From the human T2T-CHM13v2.0 reference genome, Homo sapiens: a DNA stretch of 64,000 nt. The translations under genes and the position numbers were made by a program. The notes under the pieces are model-generated. The model worked only from the letters and a program-made list of their open reading frames with translations, did not search any database and was not told the DNA's origin. The DNA lies in the NCBI RefSeq assembly GCF_009914755.1, contig NC_060939.1. One strand, 5' to 3'. How positions within the stretch are numbered: the first letter of the stretch is position 1; each line of letters opens with the position of its first letter. Positions 1-15,363 of the stretch are shown in pieces.

Positions 1-594
1 CAGGAGAGATGGGGAAACTCTTAGTCCCTGGCTGGGTTTGATACTTAATGGCTGGAGTGCTTTTCATGGCTGTTGGGTCAGTGGCTGCTGATGGTCATTG
101 AAGTCAGCTGAACAGAGAGCTTTCCTCCTTGTGCCCATGGCCTCCTGAAGAGGCGTAGGTGCTGTTACTGGCTACAGCTGGAACAGACCGGGGAACCTGG
201 GGTTAGAACACGGGGGAGACTGTCAACAGCTGGGCAGCTGGGGGGCCGCTGACACACCCAGGGCTTTCTGCCTCAGATGCCGGCTTCTGTTCTGAGACAC
301 TCTTGGATGTCACAGAGCAGTAGAACAGCTGAGCAAAAGGGGGCACTTCTCTGGATATTGACATTTTTGTGGATGATGGGGAGGGTCAAATTTATTAAAC
401 CATTTAAGATTCAATTCTAACAAGCTCCCAGGGGAGGCTATTGCTGCTTTGCAAAGTGAGGGCCAGGGTGGTGCACACATCTAACTTCATGGTCCTGGAA
501 AGCCACTTACTTCTCTCTTTGTTTTCTGTCCTGTCAAAGCGGGTGATAATAGCATCCCCAGGAGGGATGATGCGCAGCCCTCATACATCATCAT

Positions 595-771
595 CAGTGG
601 TTCTCTGTTGACCAGGCTCATATTGGGATCACCTGGGGGAACTTTAGACACTACTAAGGACTGGCTTCCTCTTCCCCAGACACTCTGATTTAGCTGTTGG
701 AGGTGGGGGAGGCAGGGGCGTGGGGATGCTTGTGGCTTCTCAGGGGGCTTCTATGTGCAGTTGAGAACCAC
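595..771. mobile_element. MER5-type hAT-Charlie MITE (degenerate)
   Basis: Terminal inverted ends CAGTGGTTCTC...GAGAACCACT and internal ATCACCTGGGG / CTCTGATTT motifs. Confidence 0.6.
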
Positions 772-1193
772 TCTCCTGAAGGCAGCTCTGGCCAAAGAAA
801 TGCAAGAATCCCCATCACTTTTGGAGTGTCGGAGACACTTTACGTCGGTGCTCCTCTAAGTATGTTCCATGGACCAGTGCTTCCTGAGAGCTATTTGTTA
901 ATGGGTTGGCAGGAGAAGTACGGAGATAGAGTGCTTAGGAATTTCCATAGCATCTCGATATTGCCAGACCTCTGAAGATGTGATCAGGGGCTCATCTCCC
1001 TGAATAGGTTGTAGACCAGCTCCAGGGCTGCCAGGCCCCTGTGGGGAGGTGCACAGTCAGGATGAGCTGCAAATGAGTCCTGTGCAGGGGAACACGTGTC
1101 ATTGTGCCAAGGACTAGATACAGAAAAATCCACTGGTCTTTCATCTCACTACTTCCCTGTTATCTCCTGAAATCTCACAGTCACCTGAAGTAG

Positions 1194-1497
<304 letters not shown>

Positions 1498-1596
1498 GAA
1501 GTAGGTATTTTCATGCTTATCTGCAGATGAGGAAACTGAGGCTTGGAAAGGTCAAGCCACCTGCTCAAGGCTAGGTGTCTCTAAACCAAGGTAGGG

Positions 1597-2439
<843 letters not shown>

Positions 2440-2782
2440 AGGGCCAGAACAGCCCTCATGGGCCATGCTCTGTTTTCTCCCTCTGTACCTGATTGCTCTG
2501 TTGTCCAAGGACTGCATGGCCCACTGCTACATGAAAGAGGCCAAATGACAGTTTCTTCTGGTAGGAAAAGTCATGGATTTGAATTGGTTTTTTAAAGTCC
2601 CTGAACCTGGCTGTGCTTGGTCAGTGCAGGTGGAACTTGGGCCTCTCCGCGTGCTAGACTCTAGGATCTTCAGGAGGGAATTGCTTCGTTATGCCAGCTA
2701 GTCTCACATCAGACTCTGGTTTGGGGGATTAGAGGTTCATTCTTTTGTAAAGAGAACAGTGCTTGAGACCCTGTGGCCCTGA

Positions 2783-3132
<350 letters not shown>

Positions 3133-3269
3133 CCAGCTCTGCTACTTCTTAACCATGTAGTATGGGACAGATCTCTTAACTCAAGACTTGGTTCTTAAAT
3201 GCTGTAAAATGAATCTCCTTCGTGGGGGGTGTAGTGAGACTACGAACAGCTAGAGAACTGCTGCTTAGG

Positions 3270-3430
3270 CCTGGATACTTGACTTGTGGTTTGTAGCCCA
3301 GCAGCATCAGCATCACTTGAGAATTTATTAGAAGTGCAGATTCTTAGGACTTAGCCCAGATTTTCTGAACCAGAATCATTTAACAAGATTCTCATATGAT
3401 TTGTGTGCACATTAATGTCTGAAAAGTGCT
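3270..3430. mobile_element. MER5A-like MITE
   Basis: CCAGCAGCATCAGCATCAC...TTAGAAGTGCAGATTCT...TTTAACAAGATTC signature. Confidence 0.7.
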
Positions 3431-4270
3431 ATTCTCAGGGATCTTCCAGAAGAATGAATTTCAATGTTGGAGTCCATCATATAGATCCATATTTAAAGAC
3501 TTCTGGAGACAAAGGAATTCTCAGGTGTCCTACCTTAGCTTAAGGTTGGCAAACTCCTATTTATCCTTCAAAACCTTTCTCAGTATTTTCCCCTTGGTTA
3601 TACCTTGCCTGATTGTTGAGGTAGTCAATCATCATTCTCTTCTCCTCACTACTTCATCACATACAAACATCTAATAACTGCATGTATCACATTGCCTGAT
3701 GAACGCCTTGTACAGGTGAGTCTCATCTCATAGGCTGTGAATTTCTGTGAATAGCAGCCCAGCAGTGAGGATGATGATGATGGCAATAGCTGAGATGAAA
3801 TACGTCAGCTCACCTACGGGGTGTGACAACAGGACTTGAGAGCAGAGTTGGCTTGTGGTCACCCCGGACCCCCATGTACCCAGATCTGCTTGGCACAATG
3901 AGGTCTTCAGAAAAGTTTGTTGAGCTGAATTGATAGACAAATGTCTCCCTCCTCCTTGATTCTCTCACATCCATGTAGGAGAAGTGTAGGGAAGGTGTTG
4001 ACATGCTTTATTTTTTCTCAGAAGCTCATGTCTGGGTCCCAGCTTAGCTGAATATTTCTTCATTTGCTGAGAGGAACATTCCTCCCCCACTGGCTTTGAA
4101 GTATTTCTGAGGGGCGGCTGCCAAGTTTCATCACCTCCCCTGGCAATCTGAGGACCTTCCTCATCATGTTCTCATGTGCAATGCATCCTGTCCACTGTCT
4201 TCCCCACTTTTCCTTTCTAGAAAACCAGATGGTAGTCTGGGCTGCTCACCCCATCAAGAAAGCCATGTAT

Positions 4271-4562
4271 GGCCAGGCGTGGTGGCTCACGCCTATAATC
4301 CCAGCACTTTGGGAGGCCGAGGTGGGCAGATCAACCTGAGGTCAGGAATTCGAGACCAGCCTGGCCAACATGGTGAAACCCTGTCTCTACTAAAAATACA
4401 AAAATTAGCCGGGCATGGTGGCGGGTGCCTGTAATCCCAGCTACTTAGGGGCCTGAGGCAGGAGAATTGCTTGAACCTGGGAGGCGGAGGGGGGAGCTGA
4501 GATCACCCCATTGCACTCCAGCCTGGGCAACAAAGTGAGACTCCGTCTCAAAAAAAAAAAAA
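4271..4562 (+). mobile_element. AluS SINE
   Basis: GGCCAGGCGTGGTGGCTCACGCC start, A-rich linker, poly-A tail. Confidence 0.95.
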
Positions 4563-5611
4563 GATGTCAGACACAGACCCTCCTCCTCTAGAAAACTGGA
4601 CGCATGCGAAGCAGGGATCTCAGAGTCGAGCTGCATCCGAATCCCCTGGAGAGCTTGTAACACACAGATTCCAAGGGCCTCACTCTGCTCCGGGAGTCTC
4701 TAATTCAGTATGTCTGGGGTGGGGCTCCCAGGTGCTGCTGCTGGCCCAGGACCCACTTAGAGAACCACTAGTGTAAACTATCCCAAGACAATGATAAGTG
4801 AGTTCGTCTGGCTTAGAGGAGAGGTGTAACTCAGGAGGGAGAAACCGGGCCTGCCTGAGAGGTCAACTGAAGAAGCTCCACGCGGGGAGGGATGCCTCAG
4901 TGGAGGCTTCTAACCTGACCAGAAATTCATGGGAGGACAGGGATGAAGGGGTTTTTGGCAGAGAGAACAGCTACGCCGTGGCTCAGAGGCAGAAAACCAC
5001 GTGGCTGTTGTTTTGCATTTAGATCTAGCTGTCTAAGAGAGGAAACCAAATAAATGATTTAAATGAAGGCTAACTTCTCTTTCGTAGAGAAGTCTAAAAG
5101 CAAGCAATTCAGGGCTGCTATAGAAGCATTTTTTTTTTCTCTCTCGCTCTGCTTTTCCATTCTAGGCATATGACTTCTATCCTCAAAGTCACAAGATGGC
5201 TGCTGGAGTTCCAGTCAGGATGTCTGTACAGTAAGTGTGATTTGGAGACAAGCATTCATGCTCATGGTTTCACTTTATCCATGGTTTCACTTTCCACAAC
5301 TTCTAGTTAACCTGCAGTCAACTGCAGTCCAAAAATATTAAATGGAAAATTCCAGAAATAAACAATTCATAAGTTTTAAATGGTGCACTCTTCTGAGTGG
5401 CACGATGAAATCTCATGCCATCCCGCTCCATCCCAATGCTGTATACACTGTCTGTTAGTCACTTAGTGGTCTTGGTTATCGGATCAACTAATGTGGTATT
5501 GTGCTTGTGGTATAATTCTTAAAAGTGCAAGAGTAGTGATAGTGACATATTGTTATAATTGTTCTATTTTTTATTAGTTATTGTTAATTTCTTACTGTGC
5601 CTAATTTATGA

Positions 5612-5915
<304 letters not shown>

Positions 5916-5928
5916 AGGAATTAAACTT

Positions 5929-6230
<302 letters not shown>

Positions 6231-7112
6231 TGAAATTAAACTATCATAGGTGTCTAGGTATAGGAAAAAAAAATGTATATATAGGGTTCAGTTCTGTCCT
6301 CAGTTTCAGGCATCCATTGGGGGTCTTGGAACACAACTCCCCCTTGAATAAGGGGTCTATAGTATTTCAGGCAGAGTGAAGGGGAAGGGCAAGGGGTAAT
6401 GGCTCTTTCTTCCAGCTGAATCAGTTCCCTTGAAAAAGACTTCGCAGAAACCTCACCCTGGGACTTTTGTCTAGATTCAAGAGAGGCAGCAAAATGCAGT
6501 CTTTTATCTGAGCACGTTGCAGCCCTGAATAGAGCCCGAGGTCTGTTAATTAAGGAAGAAGCAGGGAGTGGATATTGGGTAGACCGTTTTGGTGTGTTTG
6601 GAGGAACGTCAAGTTCTTAGTTGCAGCGGTGCAGCACCCAGCCACTCAGGAAAGGGGAGGCACGGCCAAGACGGGGGCAGGATGGAAAGTCCATGGATGC
6701 CGCAGGATTTAGACCCAGCCTTAAGTGTGAATCCATCCCTGGAGTTGGAGTGTCAGGGTATCTCTTTTCTCTTTTGGCTCCTTTCCTTCTTCCTTCAGTT
6801 TTTTTTTTCCTCCCTTCTTCTCCCCTTTATTCTTCTCCTTCCTTCCCATTCCACTTCTCTCCTTGCAGGAGCTGCAGGATTTGGTTTCCAGTCTGAGATG
6901 AATTGGAAGGTGGGGAGGAGCCCTGTCCTTAGATAAGGAGGGCCTCGAGGGCATGCTAGGGAGTGCTGGGGGAAGTTTCCATCAGTAGGAAAAGCCTAGG
7001 AGCCAGGCTAGAGATAGCCACTCAGAAGAGGTAGGGAAGAAAGAGACATCATTGGTTCTGGGCAGTAAAGTAACACGATAAATGCAGACTTAAGAAAAAT
7101 GAGTCTATTGGA

Positions 7113-7452
<340 letters not shown>

Positions 7453-8000
7453 TTACATTTTACACTCTTGGCTCAGGAGGAAGAAACCTTCATATGAAAT
7501 CTGCTATTGCATCTTTAGTGAATGATGCCGCTGAGGACTTTGCTCCTAGTGTCTTTCATTGTCCTCCACATGAAATCCTGTAGGAGTCCTTTCTTAATGT
7601 AGGAACTTGGGAAGAGCTGCTTTCCTTCAAGAGTTTGTAGTTTTCTTCTTCTTCATTAATGAAATTTACACAATCCATCTGACTTCCTTTGTGCCATGGC
7701 TCCCAGGAAACACGGGGGCAAATGGTTGGACTACTGTGGTTCTCTTTTCTTTGGTTCTCATTTTCTATTTCTATTGGTGTTTTAATTGCCTCATTGGATG
7801 TATTTTTGTGTGTGAAATATGACAGGAAACACAGGTATGTTAACTAGGCTGGAAGAGATTAATGTGTGGCACAGTTGCGGGGTGCAGGGGAGTCCTGGCA
7901 GGGTGGAGAGTTAGCAGTTGTTGTGGCCCAGGTGGGAGGCGATGTGGTCATGCTGGGAGGGAAGTTTAGATGTGTCCAAGAGATGTTGCAGAGAGCCCGC

Positions 8001-8430
8001 AGCATGATATCTGACCATGTCAGTTTCACAAGGGGGACAGCTGCAGGTGGCTGACACATCCAGACACGTGTACACCAACTGGGGAGGAAATTGGCTAGAT
8101 GGTTTTCATTTGGGTTTTATTCTATTCCTTGGTGTTGAACACCTTGGGCTTTCCTGAAAGACATACTTTGGCAATATTTCCTGTCTCAACTCAGGACTAG
8201 GGTTGGGGATCAAAGGCACCCATGCTACTCTGTTTTCTAAAGTCTTTTGATTTCTGCCACTGGTTTTATCTACCTACGACTACATTCTTCAAAAACAGAC
8301 CTACTTGCATTGTAAACTAATCTAAAAATTGCTGTGATGGGCAGATATTGGTCATGGTGTCACCCTTCAGGTGACATATTGACCTATTAAGAGGGCTTGG
8401 TGGGGGCAGTGTTTTGGTTGTAAAAAGTGA
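8001..8430 (+). repeat. Local duplication, copy A (partner 11346-11800)
   Basis: Colinear alignment by eye with 11346-11800; 47/52 identical at the left end. Confidence 0.9.
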
Positions 8431-8947
8431 GATTTTGATACCATTCAAGTGCTCTGTCATGGTGATGGATATATGTAAAAGAAGGGTTTTGGTTGTATGT
8501 AAGTTTCATGGCCCCAGGACTTTCTCGCCTTGTGCCCACACTGTGACTGATTAACTCCCCATGGCCAACCCCAGCCCATCTCTCCTGCCTGACTCCATCC
8601 TCCACCGATCTGCTCATTAACGAACCAAACAATCAATCAGCCATGCAATCGCTTCAGTGCACCTCTGTTTCAACTTTTCGATTTCAAGCTCAATTGTCAG
8701 TGAGAAAAAAATAAAAAGAAAATATAATTTTATGCCTGTATGACTCAGATATTTAGTTGCTTCTAGTTCTGGGCTGTTTCCATTCTTATTCTGCCCATTC
8801 ATTTATTCTTTCATTCCTCCTTATAATCATTCATTTATATACGTTTATTCAACACAACTTGATTGAGCATCTCCTAGGTGCCACACTCGGGTGCTGATGT
8901 CAGAGAAAATAACTCATTTCTGTTTTCATGAGGCTCCCATTCTAGCC

Positions 8948-9125
8948 TAGAGTTTCTCAACAGACAGAGCTGTTAGCATTTTTGTGCAAAAATTATTTGT
9001 GGCCTGGGATGGTCCATACATTACAGGGTATTTAGTACCACTGGTTCCACCCTCTAAATGCCAACAGCATTCCCTCTTTCCATTGCAACAACAACAAAAA
9101 ATGCCCCCACGCATTTCTAAACTCA
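8948..9125 (-). mobile_element. MER20-like hAT element (degenerate)
   Basis: AGAGTTTCTCAAC start and ACCCTCTAAATGCCAACAGCA / CAACAAAAAATG match reverse MER20. Confidence 0.55.
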
Positions 9126-9150
9126 GTGGCAAGCCTGTTGTTTAGATAAA

Positions 9151-10041
9151 GTGTGGTGGATTCTGTGCATCGGTTCTTCCCATTTTCTTCCCCCCAGTTA
9201 CTAAGGCTGGAAACCTACAAACTATGTTTCCCTTTCATCCAGGGTGTATTAGTTTGCTTGGATGCCATAACATGATACCACAGACTGGATGGCTTAAACA
9301 ACAGATAGTTATTGTCTCACAGTTCTGGAGGCTGGAAGTCGAAGATCCAAGTGTTGGCAGGGTTGATTTCTCCTGAGGGCTCTCTCCTTGGCTCGCAGAT
9401 GGCCTCCTCCTCCTCCTCCTCCCTGTGTCTTTACGTGGTTTTTCCTCTTTGTATATGTGCATTCCCAGCATCTTTTCCTCTTCTTATAAGGACACCAGTC
9501 ATATTGGCTCCCTCCGCCCCTTATGAGCTCATTTAACCCAAATTACTCCCTTAAATGTCCTGTCTCCAAATACAGTCTTATTAGGGGTTAGGACTATCAT
9601 AGAGATCTGAATTTAGGAAAAACACAATTCAGTCCATAACAAATGGTGAGGCATGTGACTTAGCTTGGCCTAGCACGTGCCTCTGCTGGAGATCCAGATG
9701 CAGAAGTGAGCAAGGTGAGGTGCTGATTTTATGCAGGTGTTCTGACAAGCATGGTGGCAGGGGTAACTGGTTTCTAGGGCTGCTGTGGGTTTTCAGCATC
9801 CAGCCCGGTATCATAGGTTCCAGTGGTGGGTGGCGGAAGCCATCAGTGTTCCCTGTAGCAGGTCTGTGGTGTGATTGGGCATTTCTCCTGGCTCTGTTAT
9901 TCCTGCTTGCATCACATCTGATCTCATTCTCTGTTTCTCCTGACGATTGCATGCACTATTCACTACCGTTTAATAAAACCATCTTTTTGCTTAAATTAGC
10001 TAGCGTGGATTCTGTTGTCTGCAACCAAGAACTCTGATACA
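9151..10041 (+). mobile_element. LTR33-like ERVL solo LTR, interrupted by MLT1
   Basis: TG...CA ends; 3' AATAAAACC...TGCTTAAATTAGCTAG...TCTGTTGTCTGCAACCAAGAAC typical of LTR33/LTR16 group. Confidence 0.55.
9245..9641 (-). mobile_element. MLT1B-like MaLR LTR
   Basis: TGTATTAGTTTGCT...CCACAGACTGGATGGCTTAAACAACAGA...CACAGTTCTGGAGGCTGGAAGTC...CACAATTCAGTCCATAACA. Confidence 0.85.
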
Positions 10042-10679
10042 GAAAGAAGATCCCCAAATATTTCATTGCATTTTAATGTGGTAAATTCTGGGTAGAGTTG
10101 TGCATAGGATTTCGTGGAACCTCAGAAAAGAATAACCCATAGTCATTTGCCTTTGTCTCCTAACTCTTGGCACTGCCTACCACCTCTAGAGTGTTGCTGC
10201 TTGTTCTGTTCAAAAGCTTCTTTGCTAGATGGGTCTAGTAATCCATTTATCTAACAATGACTCTGTAATTTAGTAACTAGTAACTAATCAGCTAATCAAC
10301 TAGTAACTCCCTTTATTTGTACCTGAGAGGCTGATCCCATTATTGCGGGTGGAGTTTTAGGACAATGGGTATCCAGTCTTAGCTCTGTGTCCCTCTAGCT
10401 GTCTTATCTCCAGCCAGTCACTTCTGCTCCATCGGCCACATCTTCTTCTGGTAAAATAAGAATCAAGCAGTCCCAGAGGCCCCTCTCAGCATTGCCATGC
10501 CACACAGCATAGTGGTTCTTCAGTGGAAACCAAAACATGTTTATTTGCTTGTGTGAACTCCTGCAGAATGTGCCAAATGGCAGGGATGGATGTGAAGTCG
10601 CTGTTTTAGAAACAGGTGTCTGGAGACTGCTCTATCTTCATGGCAAGGGAGGATGGTGGGAGGAGAAGCTACAACCAAA

Positions 10680-10953
10680 AAGCCTTTTCCAAAATGTGTT
10701 TATCAGTGTGCCAACCCCACAGGATTCTTCTGCAGAGGCGATTCCATGGTGTACCCGCTTTGGGAAATGCTGCATACTCTATTGCTTTCTGGACATTCAC
10801 AGTGAACTTAGCAGGTTGAAGGCTTAGAGGAGGCTTCCAGGAAGGAAACCTGTTTATTAAACCTCTTCTCAAATGTATTTGACCACTCGACCCTTTGTTT
10901 TCCACATAACATCTACTAACATTCTTGGTAACACCACTTTTGGGGAAATACTG
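10680..10953 (-). mobile_element. MER103-like hAT-Charlie element
   Basis: TTTGGGAAATGCTGCATACT, ATTTGACCAC and terminal TTTGGGGAAATACTG match recalled MER103C. Confidence 0.55.
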
Positions 10954-11345
10954 AACTAAATTAGTCTCAAAGTCTTCCAAAGTAAGCACAGACCTTGAAA
11001 GGTCCCATTTGGGATGGTGAGTCCTGCCTACAGCTTCCCTGACTTCTGACTAACCCAGGGAGCTCTCAGAGTTCTCAGCAGCAGGAGGCAAGACCAAAAA
11101 TCCCTATGAGTGGAAGCCACATGGAATTGTTGCTGATATCAGTGGTGAGTCACAGGGGTCCACACTGGGGACATGAGTATTAGACATGAGTCATGGGCAT
11201 ATGGAAGCCTTGTTCAGCTCTACCTTCCTTTGGTCCCTAATCCTTTGTAATGCCCTGGTTTCATGATGTAACTTCAAGGGAATTAAGCTTGGAAAGCAAA
11301 AATGATGTAATTAATTTAATGCGGCTTCAATTAAAGCCTTCCGCT

Positions 11346-11800
11346 AGCATGACATCTGACCATGTCAGTTTCACAGCGGGGACGGCAGCAGGTGGCTAGG
11401 CGCGTCCAGACATGTGGGTATGCCAAGTCGGGAGGAAATGGGCTAGATGGCTTTCACTTGGGTTTTATTCCAGTCCTTGGTGTTGAACACTCAGGGCTTC
11501 CCTGAATGACACACTTTGTCAACATTTCCTGGCTCAGCTATTAACTGAGGACCAGGATGGAGACATTAGGCAAACAGACTAGGCCGTTTTCTTGTCTTCT
11601 GAATCCCACCAGTGGTTCTTTGGTTCTACCTAGAGCTACTGTCTTCAAAAAGAAACCTCCTTTTATTCATTAAAAACTGATCCAAAAAATGGTTTTCATG
11701 GGCAGTTATGGGTGGGTCATTGTGTCATATTTTGTTATGAGTGCCAGATAAACTTATCAAGAGGGCTTGGTGAAGGCAATGGTTTGACCTAAAGGAGTGA
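11346..11800 (+). repeat. Local duplication, copy B (partner 8001-8430)
   Basis: Shared blocks ATCTGACCATGTCAGTTTCACA, GGCTAGATGG, TGGGTTTTATTC, TCCTTGGTGTTGAACAC, TCTTCAAAAA, AAGAGGGCTTGGTG in the same order. Confidence 0.9.
11381..11400 (+). promoter_or_regulatory. CTCF-like motif (GGCAGCAGGTGGCTAG); paralogous weaker site at 8037-8054
   Basis: Resembles the CTCF core CCASCAGRKGGC; motif only, no binding data. Confidence 0.4.
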
Positions 11801-11885
11801 CAAAAATAGTGGGGATTTGCCCTCTGTTATTGGGAGGTGACACCAGTGTGGCTTTAAACTTGTTTGTAAAAATAAGCTCTTTCTA

Positions 11886-12180
11886 GGCCAGGCACGGTGG
11901 CTCATGCCTGTAATCCCAGCACTTCGGAAGGCTAAGGTGGGAGGATTGGTTGAGCCCAGGAGTTTGAGACCAGCCTGGGCAACACAGGGAGACCCCGTCT
12001 CTACATAAAATAAAAAAGTTAGCTGGGTATAGTGGTGCGTGCCTGTAGTCCCAGCTAGTTGAGAGGCTGAGGTGGGAGGATCCCTTGAGCCCAGGACTTC
12101 AAAGATGCAGTGAGCTATGATTATGCCACTGTACTATAGCCTGGGCAACAGAGTGAAACCCTATCTCTAAAATACATAAA
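11886..12180 (+). mobile_element. AluJ SINE
   Basis: GGAGGAT..TTGAGCCCAGGAG J diagnostics; TSD AAATAAGCT. Confidence 0.92.
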
Positions 12181-12538
12181 TAAGCTATCTCTGGGACTTC
12201 TGGAGTCTTGTCTCTTTTCTTCTCCAATCTACAGTTAAAGAAACTTCTGGAATAGGTGAGCATCTCCTTATTCCATGACATCCCCGAGACGCTGCTGACA
12301 CTTTCTCTCTGCCCCACTGCATCCCCTTCCTCACCTGCTTTGCCATCCACTCCTGGGCCCCAGACTTCCTGCTGCCGGCGCTACGGCTGCTCCCGGCCCT
12401 GTTTCCAGGAGGAAAGCTTGACGGCTTCGGCCAGGCCAGGGAGCACAGGGCCTGCGCCAGCTCTGCTGAGGCTCACGTTAAGGGGAGGTTGCCCCTGCTC
12501 CCGGCTTGTCCCTGTTGCCTGTGGCTAACACAGCCTAA

Positions 12539-13001
<463 letters not shown>

Positions 13002-13235
13002 CACAGGAAGCTTTTTGCTCCTTCTTTCATAACTCACAGGAGCTGTTTTTGGGCTCACTAGATAGAGATGATATTAGCTGTGGATCGTTGCTAACATGTA
13101 TTGGGCCGGGTGGCCTGGGCTGGGAAGTTTCTGACAGGCATGGCCTCGTTTTCTCCTCACTTCAGCTTTCTGAGGGAGAAGCCATTATCATCTCCAGTTT
13201 AAAGACGAGATAATTGAGACTTCAAGAGTATCTTA

Positions 13236-13390
13236 GGCCAAGCTCAGTGGCTCACGCCTGTAATCCCAGCTACTTGGGAGGCTGAGATAGGAGAATTGCT
13301 TGAACCTGGGAGTGGAGGTTGCAGTGAGCTGAGATTGTGCCACTGCATTCCAGCTTGGGTGACAGAGTGAGACTCCATTTCAAAAAAAAA
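13236..13390 (+). mobile_element. Monomer-length Alu (left-arm start fused to right arm)
   Basis: GGCC...CACGCCTGTAATCCCAGC runs directly into TACTTGGGAGGCTGAG; TSD AAGAGT(A/G)TCTTA. Confidence 0.85.
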
Positions 13391-13395
13391 AAGAG

Positions 13396-13751
13396 TGTCT
13401 TAGTTCTCGCTGCTACAACAAGATCCTATAGACTGGTAGCTTATAAGCAACGGGAATCTATTTTTCACAGTTCGGGAGGCTGGGAAGTCTGAGAACAAGC
13501 ATATTTAGTGTCTGGTGAAGGTCACTTTCTGGTTCATAGATGGTGCCTTCTCACTGTGTCCTCACATGGTAGAGGGAACAAGGCAGCTCTCTCTTGTTTC
13601 TTTTCTTGGTAGGTCATTAGCCCCATTCATGAGGGATCCACCCTGTGATATTATCACCCCCCAAAGGCCCTATCTCCTAACACCATCACTTTGGGGGTTA
13701 AGGTTTCAACATATAAATTTTGAAGGAGACAAAAACACTCGGTTCATAGCA
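13396..13751 (-). mobile_element. MLT1A-like MaLR solo LTR
   Basis: TGTCTTAG...CATAGCA ends; CTGGTTCATAGATGG...TGTGTCCTCACATGG; 5-bp TSD AAGAG on both sides. Confidence 0.85.
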
Positions 13752-14401
13752 AAGAGGATAAATACTGTGGCCAAGGTTTCTCAGTGAATAAGCAATGGAA
13801 CAGAGTCTCATTCAATGAGCCATTTATGGAACACCTGCTCTGGCCCGGGTATGGTACAAGCTTCAGGGACAGAGGCTGCAATGTGACCAGACATAGGACT
13901 TCAGTGGAGCAATAGAAGTGAACCAAGGACTGTGTGAGGCAAGATGGGCATTGCGGTGGGCAGCCCACCAACGTGGCTCAGGGAGTGGGTGGGGTGGGTT
14001 GTCCTTGACAGACTCTAGTTTAAGGAAGGCTCTTTGAGGAGTGACAATTGGCGTAGCTCTGGAGGATGAGCAGGAGTGAGGAAGGCTAAAGAGGAAAGAG
14101 GGCCCCACTTTGCAAAGAAAAAAAAAAGTTAGAGAGCCACACAGCACATTTGGGAAAACACCATGCCTGACTCAGGGTAAATGCTGAATCATCTTTGGAC
14201 ACTAACAGAACAGATGCCCAGCCAAGCTTCTCAACCCATTTCCAGGCTCTGCGGAGGGCGGGATCTTTGTAGGGTGTAAAGTGGGGAAGGGCTGCACAGA
14301 TTTGGGGTTTGGGAAAGTGGCTGTGGCTGGATGTGGAGGATGGCTAGGAGGGACAGGGGAGGTAGCACAACTCAGTTGAGGTCATTCTTTCCATGATTTT
14401 C

Positions 14402-14718
14402 ATTATTATTATTATTATTATTATTATTTGTTTTTGAGATGGAGTCTTGCTTTGTCACCCAGGCTGGAGTGCAGTGGCGTGATCCTTGGCTCAACGCAAC
14501 CTCTGTCTGCCGGGTTCAAGCGATTTTCCTGCCTCACCCTCTCAAATAGCTGGGATTACAGGTGTGTGCCACCACACCCGGCTAATTTTTGTAATTTTAG
14601 TAGAGATGGGGTTTCACCATGTTGGCCAGGCTGGTCTTGAACTCCTGACCTCAGATAATCCACCTGCGTCAGCCTCCCAGAGTGCTGGGATTACAGGCGT
14701 GAGCCACTGTGCCCGGCC
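14402..14718 (-). mobile_element. AluSx with (TTA)n tail
   Basis: Full dimer; trinucleotide tail; TSD CCATG(A/C)TTTT. Confidence 0.93.
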
Positions 14719-14951
14719 AAGACCATGCTTTTCAGAAGCACTCTTCATTAGAATTTTTAAGTTGGAAGGATATTTAGAAATTCTTTTCTTTAAGCCTCTT
14801 TGATCAAGATGAGGAACTTGATACCAAGGTGGCTAGAGGAGGCACCACTAACCTCAGATAGTTAGTGGTGGCCCCGGCCAGGACCCAGGCCTACTGACTC
14901 CCAGCATATATGTTTTTGCCACACTGCACCAGTGTCTAGAGACATCATTGT

Positions 14952-15363
14952 TGTCTTAGTCTGTTTATGTTGCTATCAAGGAATACCCAAGGCTGGGTAA
15001 TTAATAAAGAAAGATGTTTCTTTGACTCACAATTCTACTGGCTGGAAGGTTCAAGACTGGGCATCTGGTGAGGGCCTCAGGCTGCTTCCATGTGTGGTGA
15101 AAGGCAAAGGGGAGCCAACGAGTGCAGACAGCACACGGCGAGAGGGAGCAGGAGAGACGGGAGGGAGTGCCAGGCTCTTTTTACAACCAGCTCTTACCAG
15201 GAACTAATGAGAGTGAGCACTCATTCAGCCCCGAGTAAGGGCACTCATCTATTCATGAGGACTCTGCTTCCATGACCCAAACCCCTCCCATTAGACCCTT
15301 CTTCAACACTGGGGACCAAATTTCAACATGAGATTCAGAGGGGAGAAACATCCAAAAATAGCA
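14952..15363 (-). mobile_element. MST-family MaLR LTR inserted in a MER20
   Basis: TGTCTTAGTCTGTTT...GGCTGGGTAATT...GGCATCTGGTGAGGGCCTCAGG...ATTTCAACATGAG; MER20 resumes at ~15400-15515 (AGGCCAGGGAAGCTGCCAAACA...AATTATCCAGCCCCAAATGTCA). Confidence 0.8.
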
